A stretch of 64,000 nucleotides of DNA from Styela clava (GCF_964204865.1 NC_135255.1:15066001-15130000); one strand, 5' to 3'. Shown: positions 12,801 through 26,221, counted from the first letter of the stretch. Made by a program: numbers and translations. Notes: generated from the letters alone by a model not told the origin.

Positions 12801-15800
12801 CAAATATATTTCATATAAAAATGTTCTATTTTACATTAATTAAGCATTAAGGCTGAGTGGTTAAAGTGTTGGGCTAACTAATTTGGTACCGCATCTTAAA
12901 AAATATTCAAGGTTCAAAGTATTTTGCCCAGGGTGTAATAAATTAGGCACCAAAAGTATGTGCACCAACATGGAGGTAACTAATTTTGTTCGCCTTTTTT
13001 ACATCAAGTTGTGTGAAGAGACTGAAGCCTATGGGCAAGGGGTATATTCACTTGGCTAACACAGACCGTCCTCGAGGTCGTAATAGAACTATAGAAGAAA
13101 AATCGGAATAAAATTATGGCCTAACCTGGTACACATACTACCACCAAAAGACGTGTGAAAAAAGTACAAAAAATACACATTGCTTGACCTCGCTCTGAAA
13201 AAAACTTTCTCATAAAAAATGATTTAAAACATGACATATCACCTGCTTGAAATTGTTGAGAAACGAGAGATAAATTAACACAATGAGCAACACGTTGAAA
13301 CAAAGAAAGAGATTCTTCTAATTTTGTTGCTTGATCTGAACCTGCAGTTTGTCTCGCTGAGTTCAACAATTCTGATGACTGAAAAGTAATTGTTTGTTAT
13401 TTGATCAGATAATAAATGATTTCCACAATACTTTTATTTATGAAAAAATTTGAAATTGGTAGTTGGAATGAGGCTAGAGAATTAAAGTTATCAACTATCA
13501 TTTGGAAAAGATATTGAAGCCTATATATGGCAATACAACTGCATAATAAAATTAATAAAAACATTCAGAAATCAAAATGAACAATTTAAGTTCTTTTTGT
13601 ATGAAATATTCTAATATAAAGCATTTTTTCATATAACGTTGGAATAAAAATATTATATTTTCTATTCATTTTATGCTTTCAGTGTTATAGATAAACTTGT
13701 CACAGCAAAGGTGAACATCCTGCAATGGGCTCACAGATTTGAATCCTATGGTAGAAATTATCTGCAAGAGGATTTCTGGAACCATATATATGAAAAATTA
13801 ATTAGTTATTATATTCGAGATTTTCTTTTTTCCTGGGATAAATATGAACATCTTATTCTACGTAAGTTACCTCGAAAAAACATAATAATCTCACCCTTGA
13901 GCAAATAACGTCATCCAAGGAATAAAGCGAAGGACATATTTGTCGAAGTTGAGCATTGAGAGAATCCACTTCTGAATTATCATCAATGTATCTATTCACA
14001 ATCACTGATATCATTTCAGAACACAACTGAAAAAAACATTGCATTGGAGAGAGAAATGAAATGGCCCTTATCAAAGTGGTTGGATGGATGCTACACTCGA
14101 ATAATTGGTTAGACAATTCCAAACAAAGAGATTCTGGATCTTCCAAAAATAGTAGCTCCTTACATATTGTAAGATATCAGTGGCCAGGGCCGTAGCCAGG
14201 AAATTGCAAAGGGGGGGGGGGGGGGGTCTGAAATTTGCAATTGACAAGTTAGAGTTTAACAAAACATGGGTTTTCGAGAGTATTAAGGGTCTAAAAAGCG
14301 TTCCAAGATACGAAAAATTGCTATGTATGATACAGAAAAATGCTTTTTTTTACATTTAGAAAGGGGGAGGGGGTCCGACCAGCAATCCCGGGGTAGGCGT
14401 CTGATTGTTCAGAACCTTGTTCGGAGCAAAAATGAATAAATGTCATATAAAATTTGTTATTCAATTTACCGGTAATAATATCTATAATTTGAGGTATTGA
14501 ATTTATACAAGTATTTAACTATAATACGAATATAATGTGAAAGTACAAGAAAATTGATCTAGTCATTATGGCATCATGATTTTGTAGTCTCAAAAAGATC
14601 CAACGACTTCAGACTACACTTTTTATTTTTTACTAATTTAAAAACTACGATAAGTAAAATGGCAGTGGTGTGAAGATAGGTTCTTAATATGTATTGATAT
14701 TTGATAATATACTTTATATTGGCTGACACAGTACTCCATAATAAATAATATTAGATCCAAGTTTCAGGCTGACAAATCTTAATGAAATCTATGAGATTAC
14801 GAACCTGGTGCCCATCCAGAACAAAATCTTGAAATGTGACATTCTTCAACATTGCCAATGTTTCCTGTGAATAAGTAAAGACCATTTATAAATTTATTCA
14901 TTCAAATGTTGTTATATATTCTGTTTTTTAGAATTGGTGAAGAATTCGTACAGCCATCCTCAACAATAAAAAGCCAATAACATTAGTTAAGTCATATTGT
15001 ATAATTGATAGATAAATTATTGTATATTTGTAATTTATAACATTGAATCAAATTACTATTGAAAATGATGTTAGCCATACAGATATGGCCGTATTGAAAC
15101 ACGTTTTGATGCGTAGTAGAGAGTATCAACAATTAAATGACTAGCATATTATTATACATCCTAGACACCAATCAATCTTTTCAAAAAGAAAATACACATC
15201 GAGAAATGATTATAATACAAATACGAGAGTTAAAAATGAAATATCAACTAACAACCTTAGATATTGTTTTACATATCAGGTGCATCTCATGATCACACAT
15301 GAATCTCCATAATCCCAGTACTTGAGTAGTGTGTTCCGTCAGTGTATATAAAGCATAGATTAATTTTGCTTCACCGTGGGCAGCTTGAACTAAAATGAAT
15401 GAAACAAAATTGAGATATATAGGAGCTTAAATTACAGGTTCTGAAAAAGATGAAAAAAAATAGAAAAGTCATCACATCACTGAATTGTGGTATAGGTATA
15501 TTAAAACTACAAAAAAACTCAGAAGAGAAAATGCTTACATATTATATGATTAGAGCAAAAGATAAATACCTTGCTGAGCTCTGAGAGCATTCTGCATCAG
15601 TGATTGACCATGTAATCCACTGCTATCAAATCTTTGTTGTGGCAGCATTGCTGGACTATAATGAAATGAGTAAAAGTAATTGATTTCTTATCAAGACTTA
15701 ACTTGAGGGTTTACAAGTTGGCAATTTATTACCCATCCTGACTTTCATATGTCTATACTAAATCCATGCCTTACTTTCAAAACACAATACTAGGTTTACA

Positions 15801-18800
15801 GAATAAAAAAATCAAGAATATTGAACGATGTATACCAAAAAAAATTCCAAAATAAAATTTCTTGATGGACAAATGACACAGAATGCACTAAATATGATAA
15901 TATATGGCAATTTAAAAAATATGCTTTTTGCAATTTGAACAAGCTAATCTTGGGTTAGAAAATTATAGAACTCTATTCTGTATTACCCTCCAGATAGTGG
16001 TAATCTTGATAGGCAGTGTGCTTCCATGAAGTGTTTGAAAGAATTGAGATCACTCAAGATATGGCTCAAGATTTCAACTTCGGTTCTGTTGATGTTCTAC
16101 AGAAAAAAAAAGTTAGAGACTATGGGGGTTGCTGTAAGGGCATTTTGAACAATTCTGTTCAGGAGGTTCACCGTATGCTTAAGCCATTTTAAAACTTCCT
16201 TTTCTCCAGTATCAATATAAAAATTCTATCCTGTCCTAAGATCAAGCATTCAACTACTAATAAAAACAAGAGCCATGATCCAATATATGGACACAAAGCT
16301 GGCACATCGGTACCCATGAGGTAAGAAGGTTCTAGCCATATAGCTGAGCACCAAGTTTGCTTGAAAGATATTCATGGTGTCAAGACAGAACAAAGTGTCC
16401 CCATAAATTGAAATGAGGCAACAAAGTTTTGAGTGAAATATCAGGTCCCATAGGAGAAATATGAAAAAAGTAATAGCTAAACTATTTATTAGCCAACTTT
16501 GCAACCAAAGGACATTATATTTAATTGCGGACATAGAGGTCGAACCACTGCCAGACGTAAAGTATTCAAAATTGTTATGATTTTACGGCCATAGTCAAAG
16601 TGAGATAAACATTGTAAAGATAAAATCAGAACAACACGAACACTGACATTTTTTATCGCAACTTGCAGCAATTTTTATCAGAAGTTATGGTAATCTGAAC
16701 AATACTTACCAGTGTATGCTGTCGGTTGTCCTGAGTAACAACATAGTCCACAATCAGCCTTCCTTCCCAGATCGGCCTCACGATCCTACAGAACATCTTA
16801 TAAAGGCCTTTGAACTTGTCAGAATAGGATAGCTCAGAAGTAACACCGGCCGGAACAGCTGAATATGTAAAATTATTTACTGTATTTTGAAACCTTATTC
16901 TAAAACACATTTTTTAATAAAATTCATAATGGTATGTATGGTATCATTACCATTGGTCCAAACAAAGCACTACATAAGCAAATTTGGAGAAAGCATGTAG
17001 AGTTTTACTGCTCTGACATTGCCTATCCAGGTTTAATCATATCTGGGTGAGGTGGGTTTAGTGCTTCAACCACTATGTACCATAACTGTAATCTGAAGGC
17101 GATGATCAAATAACAAAAATTCAAGCCAAGATATGAAAGGAAAGTCAAGCAACTTCTCATTGTATCGCACACTAGTTGGGAGAATAGGAATTTTTCATAA
17201 TCCCAACTAAATTTGATAAAAAGATTCATTTGATTCCATCAACCTTGAATAAAAATTGAAACAGTTACCTGTGTTTGTTGCTTGACTAGATATCCTAGGA
17301 CTTTGCATAGTTTGGAATGTTAAGTTTGGAGCAGTAACACCAGGCATAGGAGTGCTGATAACAGGTACTGAAAAAGGAGTGTTGTGAAAATGAATATTGT
17401 GATAAAATAAGTTTGAAGAACTTACAAGTCACCACAAAAGGCCGCAAAGGTCTGTTTCGATAAAAAAAAAAATAATTATTTGTAAAATAATTAGTAATTA
17501 AAAATATCAATTAATTAATAATTAATTATTAATATAAACTTACATCCGCCCGGGCTTCTTACAGACAAATCTTGCAGTCTTTGTCCAGGAATAGGTGACA
17601 TAGCTGCTTGATGACCACCGTATGGAGAATGGGGTGTTGGCAAGTTCTGTCCGAGAGTAGATGGTCCTACAAAAATTAACAATTAGCACAGATAATTAAG
17701 CATAGAAATTTGACAATGGCTAGCCACATATGATGAACACATCTTAAAATTGAAAAAAATGTATGAATTTGACTATTTTAAAAATTCTTAACATGGTTTG
17801 CTTTGTTTGAATGGTCAATGGATGTTTCCTTTAGCATTATTATTGACCAACCAACAATAAGTTATTGATAATGTGGCAATTGAATAAATTGACTCAATTA
17901 CGTATGGCTATGATTAATTAAGATAAAAAAGACTTACTAATAATATCCCACAAAGTTAAGTAACTGCCATGCCAACTAACCTTGATTTTGGTCCAGGTAT
18001 CTGTAAAAAGCATCACCACTATGTCGATGAAATGCGGCAACTGCAAGTTCGATCAGCATTCTGTCAGCTGCCATTCCTGACATTGCTAATATGATACATG
18101 CCACACTAGCTTCGCCGTTCTAAAGAATAAAAAATTCAGACAAATTTAAATTGGATGATGCATGATCATCTAGGATTCATGAATCTTGCCATGATCACTA
18201 AAGAATGTTGTTCACAGAGATGTCATATTTGGATTGAGATTATATCGATCGGGATTCGAGATAAAATATTAAGATAAAACAACAATTCTGCTTTAGTAAA
18301 ACATTTGCTAAACTATCACCTGCCAGTTTATCCTAAATGTTATGATTTTATTGAAATACGAAATGCCCAAAAACTTACCCTGTGGAGTTTGAAAAAGTTA
18401 GCAACAGCTTCTGACTCCGGATCTTGTCTTGTTTCAAGTAAAAACCTCAGCTGATCCACCGGCCTCAATTTGTTGAACATATGGCAACCCTGAAAATTAA
18501 AAAAATTATTTTGAAAATTTTAACATGAAGATGAATTTTTTCAATTTTCAATACACTACAAAAATTGCAATGTTTCCTGATCTATCGGAGTATTTGACCC
18601 AATGAAATAAAAAATTTTGAATATGCTATGTCAGAGCTCAGAGGTCATGTTGAAAATTTTCCATACTATCAATAACAACATTTTAAACCTGGACTCCGTC
18701 TCCACATAGCCCTGTATTAAACGTCATTTCCAGTCCTTTAGTTGTCTATATGGTAGCGTGACAGTGACAATCTCTTTACAGAGAAGATTCAAATCACCAT

Positions 18801-21800
18801 TGGGACCATATATTCATCTCTATTCCTAACTGGGTAACCTATATACCAGGGATGGCAAACCACTGACCCCTAATCGTGTTTATTGCCTCAGTCCCGATAC
18901 AAGCGCTGTGTGCGTGAATATCAAAACTACATTATACCATCGAGAATTATAAAACTTGCGAAAAATGATAAAACTTGCGAAAAATGTAACAATAAATCTT
19001 CATTGATGCAAACTAAGGTTAAATAACTATGATCCACAGTTTTCTTTTCCAAAGTAAAAATACAAATTTCGACCATTTACTAAAAAAATACGCCATCACT
19101 GCTATATACCAAAATAAAGTGATCAAATTCTTTTCAAAACGCTGAAAATCTATAATCTTTTTAGGACAATGTAATGAATTCTAATTAATAAAAGAATGTT
19201 TGTTACTTCTAGACTAAACTTCAATAAATATATACCTGGGCAGTGATTACCACATATTCTGATGGTTTTTGAAAATGCTGAAGAACTTGTATAGGAGGAT
19301 CAGGGGGTATTTCTGTACTTCCGAATGGCAAGCACGCAACTGAAAGAGGAGAAGGGGGCTCAGGTACTTCCACTATTACCCAAGGGCGACTATCAATAGG
19401 CATTGATATCTGAAAAATACAATCAAATTAATAAGAGGCATGTTACATTATTTAATCAACAGTAAAATATTGAAAGAAAAATGGGAAATGCAACTCTGAA
19501 TACCAAAATCTACAAGGAATAAAGTATATTCACCAATTACCATACCTGAGTTTCTGTTAAAATTTTCTCAAACATGAAAGAATCTCTACTGATGCACCAT
19601 ATTGAATCATTGTCTGCATGTGATGATGCAAGAAGAAGAGTTCCTGCACAGGGGACAAAAGAATGTGATGAGAAATAGAATTAATTAAAATCATGACAAT
19701 TGAAAAAAATACTAAGTTTAGATTTACCTGCATTATGATGGGCAGTGTGAACATCCATTGGATGATTTGTATTGCTTGCAGTATATCCAGGTGGTAATCT
19801 GACATGTACAAGTTCTAAGGTATGTGGCCTTCTGTTGGCTATATTTGTGCTAGGTGTTTGTATTGGAGTTCCATTAATATTTGTGGCAGGAGGTGGAGAT
19901 ATAGGCGCAGGGGCTGTTGTCATAAAGTACATTCGAACACCTGTTTGAATAGAATTTTGAATTAAACAGAAATATAAGGGCAATAGGAAGTAATGGGACT
20001 GTATAGAATGCTTTCTGTCTTACGAGTAAAATTATTTTTTATAATATCACAAAGAATTTATATGATTTTGTTACATAATAAAGCAGCAGGGAATAATCAA
20101 TTTTGAACAAATAACGAGGAATAACTGTATCTTAAACCAAGATACCTATTCTCAAGACAAAGAGAGCGATAGAACATTACAGCATAAATTAGAAAAAAAA
20201 TCAAATATTCAAATGCAATGCATGTGAACGCAATGAACTAGAGATTAAAGACTTCGATTTGGCTATATTCATCATATAGTCATATTATTCATCAACTTAC
20301 CAGATCTAGAAACAGCAACAAGATGAATATTCCTTGATTCTCTTTTCGATATCGTTGCGATGTGAATTATCTGATCAAAGTTAGATGGTGCAACAGTGGA
20401 CGCAATTGCTGATGCTCTCAGTCTAATAGAATCCATTTTCATTTGTGCAACACATGTAGTGGATGAACCATCAACACCAAGATCGTAGACCTGAAAACAA
20501 AGAAAATAATGTCATGAATATAAATAGAGTATTGACCAACCAAATAAAGAGGCAAATTATAATACATATTAGTGATCTTGGTGTCATTATTATGCACAGA
20601 AAGCTAATTCGAAAACTATATCAAAATTTGATTTAATCGGTTGGCTGTGCCTGTGAGCTAACTCTCATCGACGCACTGTCTGTCAGTGTGCCACAAGTCC
20701 AGTCCTTATCAGCAACTTCAGTTATGTGGACGTGGAATTAACCACCTACTATCTAGTTGTCTCTATTGCATTAATCTAATCTGCTTCAAGTCCAACGTCT
20801 ATGCCCATGGTTTCAGTACATCTTGGCATTTCAGCAGTCGACCACTTCTTTGTTCAGAGATTAGTATACTCATTTTTTAAGAGCAAATTTTTTTTAAAAA
20901 CTTAAAAATAGACAATGAAATCATAGAAGCTACTTATTTAGATGTAATGAATATGAATGGGGATGTAAAAAACTTAGTTCGACTCACAGTGATAGTTCCC
21001 TTTTCCGATCTTGTATAAAGAATATGTCTTGTATCATCAACGACTATTTGACTTATAGAATCTGAATAAAACAAAAGAATTTATCTTGGACATCATCTTA
21101 ATAAACAAATCATCTCTTTGCACAAGTTGGATAAATGTTCAAATGATATTATTGATAATTCAAAAAGATGGGCAGCAGGAATCAAAATACCAGAAAAACT
21201 GTGTTTCTTGCAATTAAATTTTTCTAAGTTCTATTTTATAATAGCCTTCCATATTATGTTTATCTTTTCTAGCTGAAGAAAAAACATGATATGAAACACA
21301 ATAAATGTTGAAAATATGCTGATATGATAATTCCAGATTGATCAAACAATTTTATAAATAAAACTTATTTACAAAATTGAACATTACATTACAACATTAA
21401 AATTAAAGTCTCACCATCATCTGTGAGCCATGAATTGACAAGAGTTGGAAGTAGAAATGATAATTTACTTCTGGAATGATTAATTTTTGTACATTTTCTA
21501 GCAAACCATCCTCCTGCAGCCTGAAAAAAAAACAATTCTGATTGAATTCTACTGTTAGTATTACTGTAATACAAAAAGTGAAACACCAATAAAAAGCTAA
21601 AGATATAATATATAAGCAATGTTGGAAAATTCAGGTAAAATGGAATATTTTGATTCATTGGAAACTAACAAGTATTGCTCATTCGTATTCACTCTTGCTT
21701 TGATTAATATAAAAGAACCGCCTAACTTTGTTCCCTTTCTGATTATCCCTTGCTCGTGACATTTTTCATCTGGCGTATTTATTTGGAGTATAGCGTACCC

Positions 21801-24611
21801 AAAGTCATCAAACAATTGACCCGAAACCTCACAAGATGCCCCCAAGTACTACCTAAAAGCCTGTACTTCTAGAACCACTGTTAGACTCGCAAACCCCAGT
21901 TTGAAAAACCTGATTTAAACAGAATACAAAACCAAACCTGGTAAGCAATTTCATACAAGCATCCATCTTTACCACCAGTGAAAATTCTGCCAGTTTCAGT
22001 ACATACAGTGTGAACAAGATAAACATTATCTGAAGTTAATGTGAACAATGGATCTGGTAGCAAGTGCATCTCGCCGTTGACATCTAGAAATTTAAGAATT
22101 AGACGATAATTATAACTCAGCTTTATATCTATAATTCAAACTAAAATCTATATAAGATAATAATTCAGTGGCATAAGTCTCTGCATGATTCAATATTGCT
22201 GAGATATACTCCAGACCATGTTGACATAATCTTCTCCGCTAAGACCTGGATGCGGCGGCCTAGTGGTTAGAATGTTGGACTAACTATGCTGGCATAGAAG
22301 GTTACAAATTTCAAATTCAAACATAATATGTCCACCATCTTTCAAAGAGAAGGAATAAATTGGGAAGGTAAAGCCGACTCTGAAGATCATGGTCCTTCCA
22401 AACTAGTAGATGCTTGAATGTTAGTGGATGCCAATAAACTCAAAAATGTAAAAAAGTCTTGTATATGAGAAATGAATGAGATTTCCTTTATGACAGAGTG
22501 ACTTTCATTTTCGGGTTAAAATTCCCGAAATTGTTTGAAACCCTTTTAAACCCACATGCTCTCTAGCAATATCTGGGCAGTAAGATGATTTCGTTCACTC
22601 TCCTAATTGAAAGTTATATTTAAACAATACCTTCTTCTGCAAAACTGACTCCCAGAATAACAATCTCCATCGGTGTTGTCAAGACTAGAAGATATTTGAT
22701 GTGATCTCTGAATATACCTGCAATATTGAACATTAATTGATAAATACAAGAGAAGCATATAAAAAGTATGAACATGAGGTGTTCCCATATTGTCATGTAA
22801 GTGTTCCCATATATTAAAATATAACAGAAAAATATCGGGCGAGTTAAAAGGTGCACAAGGCTCAGAGAAAATATGAAATCGATTGGTCCCTCAAGTGGCG
22901 ACTGGCGAGGAAACAAATTTTTTGCAACAACACAAACAAAAATTGAGAATAATGACACACATGTACAACTCATGTACAAATAGTACAATAAAGAAAAAGT
23001 AATTGATTAAAGAGTATTGATGAAGCTTAATACTCTCCTTTAATCTAAAAGTGCGCAAATAAAAAAATAAATATCCAATGCTCACCAGGTTTGGGTTTGA
23101 CTAGTGCAACACTTAATATTGTCTCAGAGAGTCCATCAAAATAAGCTAGATCTTCTCCATCTGCATATCGCCATACAAATATATCAGAATCCACAGTCAA
23201 CCATGCTCTTCCTATTTCGGGAAAGATACCAACAATGCAATTGCATTGCATATCTTTATATTAGTGTGATGTTAAGAAATCATGTTTTCATCATATATAG
23301 GCCTATATACCACTAATATACAATATAACATTGAGTTATTACACAGAAAACTATTATAACTAAGAAATGCATGAGACCAGGCCTCCCTTACGTACGGACG
23401 TACAGTATATAAAAATGGTCAAATCTTGATAACAGGGTTATGAAAAGCAATGAATAGGCCTATTTATAGAACTTTTGAAGACTGGAATCTTTCCGTTTGT
23501 TGTACCAAGATTTCTATCTTCTATCTATTGTAAGAAGATTTCTATCTTGCCATGCCAGGGCCGAAGTTGTGTTTTCAAACCACCCTTAGTCAGAAGTTGA
23601 TATTTTTAACTTTTCGGAGTGGGAATTTTAGACTTCAAATGATGATAATTGAAGCCAAAAGTTCTGACAGAAACTCAAGAATCAGTAAGTCAACTTAGCA
23701 TTCTAAACAGACAATGGAAGTTGGCTTTCATGTACCAAACTCTAATTTTTGTTGTCAAACTTTGGTTTTCACGGGTTTCGAGCTGAAGCCTGGGTCAAAC
23801 TTTCCACCAACCTAGACTGGATATCAAACTAGTCGGAGTTGTTTTATGAAAAGCTTGAGTTTGTATATCTAGCCAGTGTAAATTTTATGTAAACTCTTGA
23901 TACCCAGATTTTGGCTATAATTTTGTTCAATTTACTCTATTGGTTTAGGCACATGAAATACATCCCTCTGCATCATTAAAAAATTGACACCCAAGAAAAA
24001 ATATTTATGAATACGACATAGCTGAGCGCATTCTAATTACCGTATCCATTTCAAATCTATATACAAAGGATACGTGCAAATTGTTCGACTAATTCGGGAG
24101 GCAGTGGTTTGTTTCGGATATCTGTGAGTTGAGGTAATCGTAAATTTGGATAATCTTCATCATGTGTTCCGCTACTGCTTCCAGAACCTTGAAAATGAAA
24201 AAGTATTGTGTTAATTAAGAAGGCTACTCGAGAGAAAAATCAATAATTGAAAAATTAATTGACTTATAGTGCCAGAATTTTCAGTGGAAACTGAAATTAA
24301 TTTGAAAAACAACATTTTTAATTATGCAGACAAAAAGATGTTTGCCAATTGCCAAGCTCATTTTATGAAAGTTAGACAGTAGCCACGAATTTCACCGCAT
24401 TGATACATATGCTAGAATAATACACTAAAAATCCTATAAGATTTTTTTAATTAAAAAAATTTGGCACAAAAAATATTGACTCACTTATTCCAGTTGCAGA
24501 AATAAGCTCAGACAAATCCAGTTGCTCCCTATCCGCCGCAAGAAATGTTTGTACAAAATTGGCAGCATCTTGAACCTCTTCTTTCAAAGGATTCTTTGTA
24601 GCTGTTGCCAT
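6816..24611 (-). CDS. NUP155: Nuclear pore complex protein Nup155 (33 coding exons traced)
   Basis: ATG at 24611 ([37 protein letters not shown]). Exons include 24611-24485, 24187-24074, 23253-23086 ([30 protein letters not shown]...[22 protein letters not shown]), 22717-22631, 22083-21938 ([18 protein letters not shown]), 21520-21415, 21061-20988, 20490-20301, 19940-19728 (LVHVRLPPG), 19643-19546, 19409-19236 and 18489-18379 (KLRPVDQL). Later exons give [31 protein letters not shown] and [24 protein letters not shown]. Last exon ends with TAA at 6816. All exons join in frame. Confidence 0.96.
10220..10533 (+). mobile_element. tRNA-derived SINE, near full-length, in a NUP155 intron
   Basis: tRNA-like head with A-box-like CGGCGGTGTGGTGC and B-box-like GGTTCATATCC. 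The body is shared with 2524-2748, 25941-26221 and a fragment at ~7285-7330. 3' tail TAAATATGTAAATCCTATCCTA. Confidence 0.75.
11598..11828. mobile_element. Palindromic MITE containing TTAGGG/CCCTAA motifs
   Basis: GGTACT..AGTATGCGAACCAAGATGGC ... GCCATTTTGGTTTCACATACTAGTACC, with internal GGTTAGGGTTAGGCCATAATTT / AAATTATGGCCTAACCCTAACC. Flanked by an apparent 8-bp TSD CAATAAAG. Related fragments at ~12945-13140 and ~59395-59490. Confidence 0.75.
14187..14380. mobile_element. Poly-G-containing hAT-like MITE remnant
   Basis: CAGGGCCGTAGCCAGG...G-run start, the same style as CAGGGGCGTAGCCAAGGGGGG at ~58594. The matching right end is not clearly preserved. Confidence 0.45.
18847..19101. mobile_element. 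Short hAT MITE in a NUP155 intron
   Basis: Ends CAGGGATGGC / GCCATCACTG. Perfect 8-bp TSD CTATATAC at 18839-18846 and 19102-19109. Confidence 0.85.
23254..24073 (-). other. U12-type (minor spliceosome) GT-AG intron 2 of NUP155
   Basis: 5' splice site GTATCCTTT (24073-24065) and branch site TTTCTTAAC (23279-23271), ~17 nt from the AG at 23255-23254, with no polypyrimidine tract. Splicing restores ...EQFA-H-MQCNC. Confidence 0.9.
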
Positions 24612-25362
24612 TAAAATTCAGGGACTAGTTACAGACCTAGCATAAGATAGAATCTGAACAAAAAGCACATTGAAATAAAGCAGTTAAATTAACTGTTATT
24701 TAAATTTTCGAAAAAAATTTGTAGAAATACCATCAGGTGACGACCAAGAAAAAAATGCAACATCAATAAATTTGAAATATTCATTTAAATGAGAAAACTA
24801 CAACATAGATGCTTCAGAAATTAGTTGATATCATAATGAAAACGCACATTGCTCACACAGTACATTACAAACATTTCTTCCAAAAAACACGAATTTCATT
24901 TTAGAAGACACTGTTTATTTTACTCCAAATTCACAAAATGAGTCGAATTCTTTATATTTTATAGCTTTGATGCTTCAACGAATAGACAGATATCTGGTGT
25001 CCAAAAATAAATGACAACCACAAAATTGATAATCGAAATAATGTTTTCCATTTATTTTGGGACACCCTTATAATTTAAAAAACCAGACTTCATCAAACTA
25101 AACAGATAAATGCATGAATCTATTAACTTCATTAGAAAACTAAGCAATTTCTAAACTACAATTGAAAAGAGACAAATTATAATGTGAAATCAGTTCGTGA
25201 TAAAGTGAAGTGTAATGAACTATAAATTTAACATTGTTTGATAGATTACTCGATGATTTTTAATTAAAAGTTACTGCAAAATAAATCTCAAGTGTAATTT
25301 TGACTGCATTTTCAAATGTGCAATTTTGAAATTCACTACAATTACAGTGAATATATGTGAAA

Positions 25363-25863
25363 TTAATCCATAACTTCGCTCCGCAAACGACAAACTGCAT
25401 AGTAGATAAGGACAGCTACGAAGATACCAACAACTTCAGATGTCAACCACAAATCTCTTGTGTTTCCAGGGTGATTGAATTCAATATCAAATAGCGACGA
25501 AAGACCAGAAGTATCTTCTTCATTTCTCATTGCTTTTCTGAGAACATTCATTCCATCATCATCAAAGAGACGTAATTTGTAGGTTCCACTTGCAGCATTA
25601 CTAGATTCTGTAACCCAACTTAGCTGATAAATATTCTGTTCTGGGGATTTGGTAACAGGATATATTTTTCCACCAACTTCTGCAAACAGTGGAAATCCTT
25701 GAGCTCCACTGCTACATTGTAACTTGAATTTCACAATGAAGGCAGTGTCATCTGACAGGCGCCTTTCAGTTGTTGTATAAGTTTCCTCTGTTACTGTATG
25801 CCTCCCACAGATGTTACCCTGCACGAGCGCTACGCATGCAATGATCAAAACGAAAATCTTCAT
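25363..25863 (-). CDS. SSR4: Translocon-associated protein subunit delta (TRAP-delta), intronless CDS
   Basis: 166 aa with signal peptide MKIFVLIIACVALVQG and a conserved Cys pair. Motifs TYTT..LSDDTAFIVKFKLQC, LFAEVGGKIYPV, YQLSW, SGTYKLRLFDDDG and LRKAMRNEED, plus a C-terminal TM (WLTSEVVGIFVAVLIYYAV), match the TRAP-delta family. Confidence 0.93.
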   Translation of the reverse strand: MKIFVLIIACVALVQGNICGRHTVTEETYTTTERRLSDDTAFIVKFKLQCSSGAQGFPLFAEVGGKIYPVTKSPEQNIYQLSWVTESSNAASGTYKLRLFDDDGMNVLRKAMRNEEDTSGLSSLFDIEFNHPGNTRDLWLTSEVVGIFVAVLIYYAVCRLRSEVMD

Positions 25864-25940
25864 CTTGTCTTTTAGTTTATTTATAATGGTGAAAAACTTT
25901 AAAACTAGGATTCAATATTCTAGTACCAAAAAACAATAAT

Positions 25941-26221
25941 TAGGATAAGATTTACATATTTATCCCGAGGGAGAGGAAAGCGATAAGATGGCTTAATCAT
26001 ACGGCGAACCAAGGCCTCTTGTTCTGTTACCAGTTCAGGTCGGGTATGGGATTGGTTAGCCAGTTATTTGAATTCGGAAGCATGAACTTGATGGTGGAGG
26101 AAGCCGTAACCGACCAGTGGTTACATAAACCACCCTACTGCCCCAGGAGTCCAGTAATCTTCTGGCACATAACCATTCCTGTATTCCTAACGCTTAGCAC
26201 GATGCGCCACACCGCCGAGCC
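25941..26221 (-). mobile_element. tRNA-derived SINE copy just upstream of SSR4
   Basis: Same family as 10220-10533. Head on + reads ...CTAACGCTTAGCACGATGCGCCACACCGCCGAGC; tail reads TAGGATAAGATTTACATATTTATCCC. Confidence 0.78.

Noticed and set aside
12851-12920. tRNA gene (A/B-box-like words; also ~22252-22320)
   Set aside because: No cloverleaf can be formed; more likely decayed SINE heads.
17023-17093. Extra NUP155 exon or 12-nt microexon
   Set aside because: The flanking exons already join in frame, the longer version has an in-frame stop, and the microexon donor is weak.
23639-23668. C/D snoRNA (ATGATGA...CTGA) in NUP155 intron 2
   Set aside because: The boxes are under 30 nt apart and there is no terminal stem.
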